64,000 nt of DNA, taken from Candidatus Moraniibacteriota bacterium (GTDB taxonomy: Bacteria; Patescibacteriota; Minisyncoccia; Moranbacterales; UBA9337). The stretch lies in the NCBI GenBank assembly GCA_049287345.1, contig JBAQFQ010000010.1, positions 7,795 to 71,794 on the forward strand. The letters are read 5' to 3'. The notes under the pieces are model-generated. The model had not been told where the DNA came from. It saw nothing but the letters and a program-made list of their open reading frames with translations, and did no database searches. The number at the start of each line of letters is the position of its first letter. Position 1 is the first letter of the stretch. This document shows positions 59,103 through 64,000 of this stretch, one piece after another. The position numbers and the translations under genes were made by a program.

Positions 59103-60305
59103 TCAAACAATTATCCCGCCACCCAAAACTTCTCCCTGCTCTGTATAAAAAACTGCCGACTGTCCAGGAGTAATCGCTCGTTGATTATTTTTTAATTTTA
59201 CCCGATAACTATCCATCCCATCCTCCTCTATTGTAGCATATTCTGCCTGTCCATGATAACGCACAACTGTTTTTGCTAGCAAGGGAAACTTCAAAGCTGA
59301 ATTTATCCAACTCGCCTTAATGATACCAAACTCATCACAAGCTAAGTCTCCAATGTCGTTAGAAACTACCAATTGATTATTTGCCAATCTTTTTTCAATA
59401 ACAAAATATGGACCATCACCACCCAAATTAATCCCCTTCCGCTGACCAATAGTATAAAAATGTAGCCCCTGATGTTTACCCAAGGTTTTACCCGCTTTAT
59501 CCACAATTTCACCAGGCTTGTTGATAACTTTTTCGCCGATAAACTTACCGAAATCATTATTAGCGATGAAACAAATATCTTGAGATTCTTCCTCGTTTTT
59601 TATCTCAAAACCATTCTCTTTGGCGATTTCTCGCACCTCACTTTTTAAATAATCTCCTAAAGGAAAAATGATTCTCGCTAACTGCTCTTGGGTTAAGCGA
59701 TAAAGAAAATATGATTGATCTTTGCTGTGGTCCCTAGCAACCGATAAGGAGTAGTTCACAGTTTCTAGTTTATAGTTCACGGATAATGATTGAGATTTTT
59801 TTTCAAATATATCGCCTATTCTCTTCGCTAAATTTGAAATTTGAAATTTATTTGATATTTGGTATTTGATATTTGGTATTTCTTCATGTTCCATGCTCGA
59901 TGATTCATATTCCACGATTCTCGCGTAGTGACCAGTTGAAACATACTGTATCTTTCTTTTATCTGCCTCCTCTATTAAAATCTTAAACTTCATTTCTGGA
60001 TTACAAAAAACACAAGGGTTGGGAGTAATTCCCTTTTCATAATCAGCTACAAACTTATCAATAATTTCTTTTTTAAAAATTTCTCGTGCATCAATTTTAT
60101 CAATTGAGATGTTTAATTTTTTTGCCACTGCTTGGGCTTTTTGGAAATCCTTCCCACTCTTATCCCCACCAATAAAATCCAAAAATACTCCGCTCACCTC
60201 ATAACCCTCTTTTTGCAAAAGCAAAGCCGTCACGCTGGAGTCCACCCCACCGCTCATACCTACTAGCACCTGGCATTTTTTTAATTTCAACTCTTCATTT
60301 GACAT
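59103..60305 (-). CDS. mnmA: tRNA 2-thiouridine(34) synthase MnmA, with an in-frame low-complexity insertion
   Basis: PP-loop SGGVDSS, CVFCN, a C-terminal barrel. Insertion of about 60 aa encoded partly by AT-rich tandem repeats at 59831-59881. Confidence 0.88.
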   Translation of the reverse strand: MSNEELKLKKCQVLVGMSGGVDSSVTALLLQKEGYEVSGVFLDFIGGDKSGKDFQKAQAVAKKLNISIDKIDAREIFKKEIIDKFVADYEKGITPNPCVFCNPEMKFKILIEEADKRKIQYVSTGHYARIVEYESSSMEHEEIPNIKYQISNKFQISNLAKRIGDIFEKKSQSLSVNYKLETVNYSLSVARDHSKDQSYFLYRLTQEQLARIIFPLGDYLKSEVREIAKENGFEIKNEEESQDICFIANNDFGKFIGEKVINKPGEIVDKAGKTLGKHQGLHFYTIGQRKGINLGGDGPYFVIEKRLANNQLVVSNDIGDLACDEFGIIKASWINSALKFPLLAKTVVRYHGQAEYATIEEDGMDSYRVKLKNNQRAITPGQSAVFYTEQGEVLGGGIIV

Positions 60306-60536
60306 ACTTCTTAACGTTACATTTATTTAACCCCGTGATTCCAAGGTACTCATTGGAATTTTACGGGGCATACCCACTAATACCTTTTGCTTTTTTAATT
60401 ATGAATTTTTATCTAACATAATTCAACCCCATATTTACTTGTTTTTTAGTCGTTATTGACTATAATTAGTGTATACAATGTATCCAAAAATAACAATATT
60501 ATATATTCTATACAAAAACACTTCGTATATAAACAA

Positions 60537-61475
60537 GTTATCGGAAATAAAGAAAAAACCTTTTTACTTATTTTTATATAATTTCGGCAATTTATTTTTT
60601 TAAATAATTCAAAAAATATGAACAAAGAAAAACCAGAAGTGCAAAAAATTGTTATTGATATGGGTCACACATGGACTCCCGAGGAGAGGCAACAGAAAGA
60701 ACAACGCGAGAGAAATGAAAAAGAAACGGATAATTCCCAAGAGCAAAAAGAATATCCGAAAAAGTTTAGTTCAGCTCGAGAATATATAAAAAATCTCATA
60801 AGCTTATTTGATAATCCTAGCGGTGATGCTGATGAAGAAATAATGCAGGAATGGCAAGAGGCAGAGGCTGATTTGGATTGTGGCAATGAAAGAGCGGTTA
60901 TGGAGAAATTAGAGTATATGGCTGGAGCGCAACGTTCAACTTCCAAGACAAAAAAGGACTCTAAGTTATGGAGAAAGGCTATTTTTGAAATAACAAAAGA
61001 GACTAGTGGAACTTCTCGGCTCATGAATTCGGAAGCAATCAGTGGAGCTCTTTATGATGAATATATGAAATTGGATGAAGAAATGATCAAAGTTTTGGAT
61101 GAAAATCCAGGAGATTTTAATGATAAAGATAGGCAAGAATATAAGAAAGAGGTTTCACGATGGCACAATGCTTTTAACGAAGTGGCGAATAATGGACGTT
61201 TGGAAAATGCAATGATTTTATTAGAAGAAGAAATTAACGATAAGGTTAGAGATGATCATGATTTACGCAGAGAAATTGAACAAGTTACTAAAGGCAAATC
61301 TCCAAATATTGACTATATCAACAGAACTAAAGAAAAAATAAAAGCTAATTCTAACAAGTTAGCTACCTATAGAAGAATGCGAGATTCCTTATATGCTATT
61401 GAATTTAATGATAAAAAATAAATTGCCGAAATTATTTCACTAAGGAATAAAGGTTTTTTCATTACATCCGATAAC
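60537..61475. mobile_element. Single-gene cassette bounded by roughly 53-nt imperfect inverted repeats
   Basis: Left 60537-60590 gttatcggaaataaagaaaaaacctttttacttatttttatataatttcggcaa. The reverse complement of the right end 61423-61475 reads gttatcggatgtaatgaaaaaacctttattccttagtgaaataatttcggcaa. Confidence 0.55.
60618..61421 (+). CDS. Hypothetical acidic protein (267 aa) carried inside the IR-bounded cassette
   Basis: ORF with ATG; Glu/Lys/Asp-rich; no transposase motifs recognisable. Confidence 0.55.
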   Translation: MNKEKPEVQKIVIDMGHTWTPEERQQKEQRERNEKETDNSQEQKEYPKKFSSAREYIKNLISLFDNPSGDADEEIMQEWQEAEADLDCGNERAVMEKLEYMAGAQRSTSKTKKDSKLWRKAIFEITKETSGTSRLMNSEAISGALYDEYMKLDEEMIKVLDENPGDFNDKDRQEYKKEVSRWHNAFNEVANNGRLENAMILLEEEINDKVRDDHDLRREIEQVTKGKSPNIDYINRTKEKIKANSNKLATYRRMRDSLYAIEFNDKK

Positions 61476-61696
61476 AAAGAATGTCTGGTTCAAAAAATTT
61501 GCCGCAGTTAAAACTAAAAGGAGGGCAAATTTTTCCCTCCCGAATCCCGAACTTTTCCGTTTTGCTGCAATTCAGAGTATAATGAAATTAGTAAAGTAAG
61601 TAAGAATATTAAGGTTTTGTGCATAGAAACCAAAGTGCAGGACTTCAGATATTCTTAACGTTAGGCGAAACTTTCTTTCAAATTATTTTTTACTTA

Positions 61697-61728
61697 TAAA
61701 AAAGGCGTTGACTGTATAGTCAACGCCC
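61697..61728. terminator. Bidirectional terminator
   Basis: GGCGTTGAC-tgtata-GTCAACGCC with an A-run upstream; a T-run follows in minus sense. Confidence 0.8.
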
Positions 61729-61755
61729 TAGGCTTGAACAAATCTGTTCTAGAAA

Positions 61756-61962
61756 TTACTTCCTCTCATACACAACAAAGAGCTCAGCAATATATCCATA
61801 GCAAGTTGTGATAACCATGGGCTTGTGGTATAGAATTAAGAGTGGCACAATTTGCCAACTGGTTACGAGAATATCTTCCCGTGTTAACCACTTACGGAGA
61901 GTTTTTTCCGCATCTCCAATCGCGTCTTCCGTTTCAAAACTCACTCTTTCTAAGGTTGCCAT
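61756..61962 (-). CDS. Small hypothetical protein (68 aa)
   Basis: ATG with GGAGG 4 nt upstream. Confidence 0.55.
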   Translation of the reverse strand: MATLERVSFETEDAIGDAEKTLRKWLTREDILVTSWQIVPLLILYHKPMVITTCYGYIAELFVVYERK

Positions 61963-62429
61963 GTTACCTCCTTTAATGTTTTCGTAAGAGAGTAAATTAT
62001 CCTAATAACGAGAATCCTCTCTTTGGGTTAAAAGATGAATTCTCACCTGAGCTATTGATAAACCATCTTAACAGAAGCAATTAATTTGTAAAGGCCCACA
62101 GGCAATGGATTAAAAAGTAATTTATATTTTTATACCAAACTAACAAAAATATCTTCTTTGGCTTTGATGAGACAGGCATTCTTTCTGAATTTATTTATTT
62201 GGGAAAAGAATTAACGGAGGAATTATTAGGAGAAAAAATAATAACTTTTCTAGAAATGTATCACAATAATAAAATCAAGAAAAAGATGGAGGCCTTATTT
62301 AAATAACAGTGCTGATTAGCTCCCATCCGATACGCTGTGGCGCTAATTTAACAAAATTAATACCGCAATAAAAAAATCGCGTAGGATATCTCCTGCGCGA
62401 TTTGGCTTAATCCAATAAGCACAATGTGC

Positions 62430-62645
62430 TTATTCACCTTTTTTCGAAAAAAATATTTTAACAATTGCTAGGCTCACCAGAAAACAAACTACGGCAGAGA
62501 CAACTCCCCATATCTCCGGCTTAATCTTAAACCAATACCCAATGTAAATTGTGGGAATAATCAAGAGACAAAACACCATCAAAATCTTATTTATTTCTGC
62601 TAATATGCTTTTTATATCTCCCTTTTCTTCCATAACCCCTCCCAT
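62430..62645 (-). CDS. Small membrane protein (71 aa, 2 TM), hypothetical
   Basis: Two hydrophobic helices. Confidence 0.5.
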   Translation of the reverse strand: MGGVMEEKGDIKSILAEINKILMVFCLLIIPTIYIGYWFKIKPEIWGVVSAVVCFLVSLAIVKIFFSKKGE

Positions 62646-62701
62646 TTAAAATAAATAGCTGCTACTTATCAAATTAACACGCAGCTTAATTTGTCGAAAA
62701 G

Positions 62702-63178
62702 CTACAATTTATTGGCCCCATTCATTGCTTCATTAATGTCACAAATATTATTAACGTAAATAATGCCATCTCCCCCATTTTGCAGGTCTAGTAGACACAT
62801 TTCAATTGGGCTTAAAACGCGCTTAACCTCACCTGGTGGATACCAGAAACCCATTCTATCGGCCATCTCACCACAATGCACACAGCCGACATATGAATTA
62901 CTCTCTTTATCATAAAGCACAGCATATTCTGGCATTTTTTGATCTTTATCCTCGAGAGAATAGAGTGTGATTGGCTGACCAATAAAAATAGCCTCGCCAC
63001 ACCAAGCGCACCTGATGGTCATTTTCTCCAAACAACGATGACAATAGGGAGCTTTTCCATCAATGATAGCGATTTCAAGCTCGCCAGTTTCACCAAAGGC
63101 GGATACCTCATCTGTTTTGAAGGTTTTGTGCCCACAATCAGCCATAATTTTTTTCCTGAAAATATTAAAGAACTTCAT
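62702..63178 (-). CDS. Cys/His-rich putative zinc-ribbon protein (158 aa), hypothetical
   Basis: CGH, CHRC, CAWCG, CVHCG motifs suggest two zinc-binding sites. Confidence 0.55.
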   Translation of the reverse strand: MKFFNIFRKKIMADCGHKTFKTDEVSAFGETGELEIAIIDGKAPYCHRCLEKMTIRCAWCGEAIFIGQPITLYSLEDKDQKMPEYAVLYDKESNSYVGCVHCGEMADRMGFWYPPGEVKRVLSPIEMCLLDLQNGGDGIIYVNNICDINEAMNGANKL

Positions 63179-63354
63179 TTGCTTTCCTCCTTTTTTAAAT
63201 TTTCTAAATTTATGGATTCTGCACTATTTTGACCCTAAATTAAAAAAATAATAATGTCAATAAAAAAGAGCGATATATTTCAATCGCTCCCGGCCAAATT
63301 ATTGACCACTATCCATCAGATTGACTGATAAAAAAACTACCAAGACTACAAGTC

Positions 63355-63555
63355 CTACTTGTTGGAAGATTTAATGCGCTCCCAGATACTGGCGCCCTCA
63401 GCCCAAAAACTCTCGCGCGTTAGGCTGGATATCTTATATAAGAAATAAATATCTGACCCCTTAATGCAGATACCAATAAACTTAGCATCTTTACTAAGCC
63501 CCAATTTGTTGAAAGCTTCTTTGGCTGCCGCTTGAAATTCTGTCCAGTCATTCAT
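63355..63555 (-). CDS. Small hypothetical protein (66 aa)
   Basis: ORF with ATG. Confidence 0.45.
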   Translation of the reverse strand: MNDWTEFQAAAKEAFNKLGLSKDAKFIGICIKGSDIYFLYKISSLTRESFWAEGASIWERIKSSNK

Positions 63556-63756
63556 GGCAATCTCCTCATTTTTTAAATGAACATACTTAACCTTCCTCTA
63601 ACTGCTCACCTAAACTATCAAAAAAAATGACTACTTGCAAGAGTGCAGCATACTTAGTAAGACAATCATAATCTTTCCCCTTCGCATATCCTAAGTTTGA
63701 TTTGCCTCAATTTTTCTGCTAAAATTAGGACGTAATTCCCTTAAATTAAATTGATA

Positions 63757-63987
63757 ATGATACATATTTTAAAAAATATAATCTGGATAGTTGGTTTCAT
63801 AGTAGTGACTGGGTTTGTTTTAAATTATTTTGGCTACGAAATAAATAAAAATTATTTTCAGGAAAGAAAATCTGATTGCCAAGAAAAACTCAAGTTCTGT
63901 CAAAATGAACTATTACACCAAGGTTTAGACAACGCTAAGTGTGATTTTAATTGTCTAGATCCCAAACTCATAATTCGCAAAAAATAA
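63757..63987 (+). CDS. Small membrane protein with a Cys-rich tail, hypothetical
   Basis: ATG at 63757; one TM helix; CxxxC...CxxxC. Confidence 0.45.
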   Translation: MIHILKNIIWIVGFIVVTGFVLNYFGYEINKNYFQERKSDCQEKLKFCQNELLHQGLDNAKCDFNCLDPKLIIRKK

Positions 63988-64000
63988 TATCCCGATATAA

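Noticed and set aside
62150-62300. Possible gene fragment with no start codon (translation ...FGFDETGILSEFIYLGKELTEELLGEKIITFLEMYHNNKIKKKMEALFK)
   Set aside because: No in-frame start codon and an upstream stop within 20 codons. It may be a pseudogene remnant but cannot be supported as a feature.

Overview
AT-rich (about one-third GC) bacterial chromosomal fragment. Several lineage signatures fit a Candidate Phyla Radiation / Patescibacteria-type genome: no L30 gene between rpsE and rplO, zinc-binding Z-type S14, an AlaRS lacking the C-terminal C-Ala domain, r-protein terminal extensions, weak Shine-Dalgarno sequences, an Elp3 homologue. Layout: (1) 1-1300, a minus-strand cluster of five tRNAs (Met, Phe, Ile, Val, Leu) with tRNA-derived tandem repeats. 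(2) 1300-27000, housekeeping and envelope genes: rplS, an Elp3-like radical-SAM/GNAT gene, NUDIX, an RRM protein, dnaJ with a CIRCE operator, pcm, a galT-like gene, glycosyltransferases, prfB with the classic +1 frameshift, prfA and prmC split by an inserted opposite-strand gene, a DsbA-like gene, csp, frr. (3) 26800-38800, a cell-surface/envelope cluster: BNR lipoprotein, a very Cys-rich secreted protein, TPR, rseP, uppP, L,D-transpeptidase, yidD, CorA-like, SpoIID-like, mscL. (4) 38900-55000, a long minus-strand ribosomal block, rpsL-rpsG-fusA-[ORF6N insertion]-tuf-rpsJ...rplO, with rplB displaced to between rplV and rpsC and unusually long, mutually related spacers. (5) alaS, mnmA and a terminal accessory island (60400-64000) containing a single gene flanked by 53-nt inverted repeats. 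Small repeat families run through the whole window: 39-nt GTCAT elements inserted in-frame in CDSs; hairpins with a GGCACTGCC apex flanking inserted genes; a roughly 100-nt intergenic element in three copies; short AT-rich tandem motifs. Coordinates of non-CDS features are hand-derived and may be off by a few nt. CDS coordinates follow the ORF track, with start codons re-examined.
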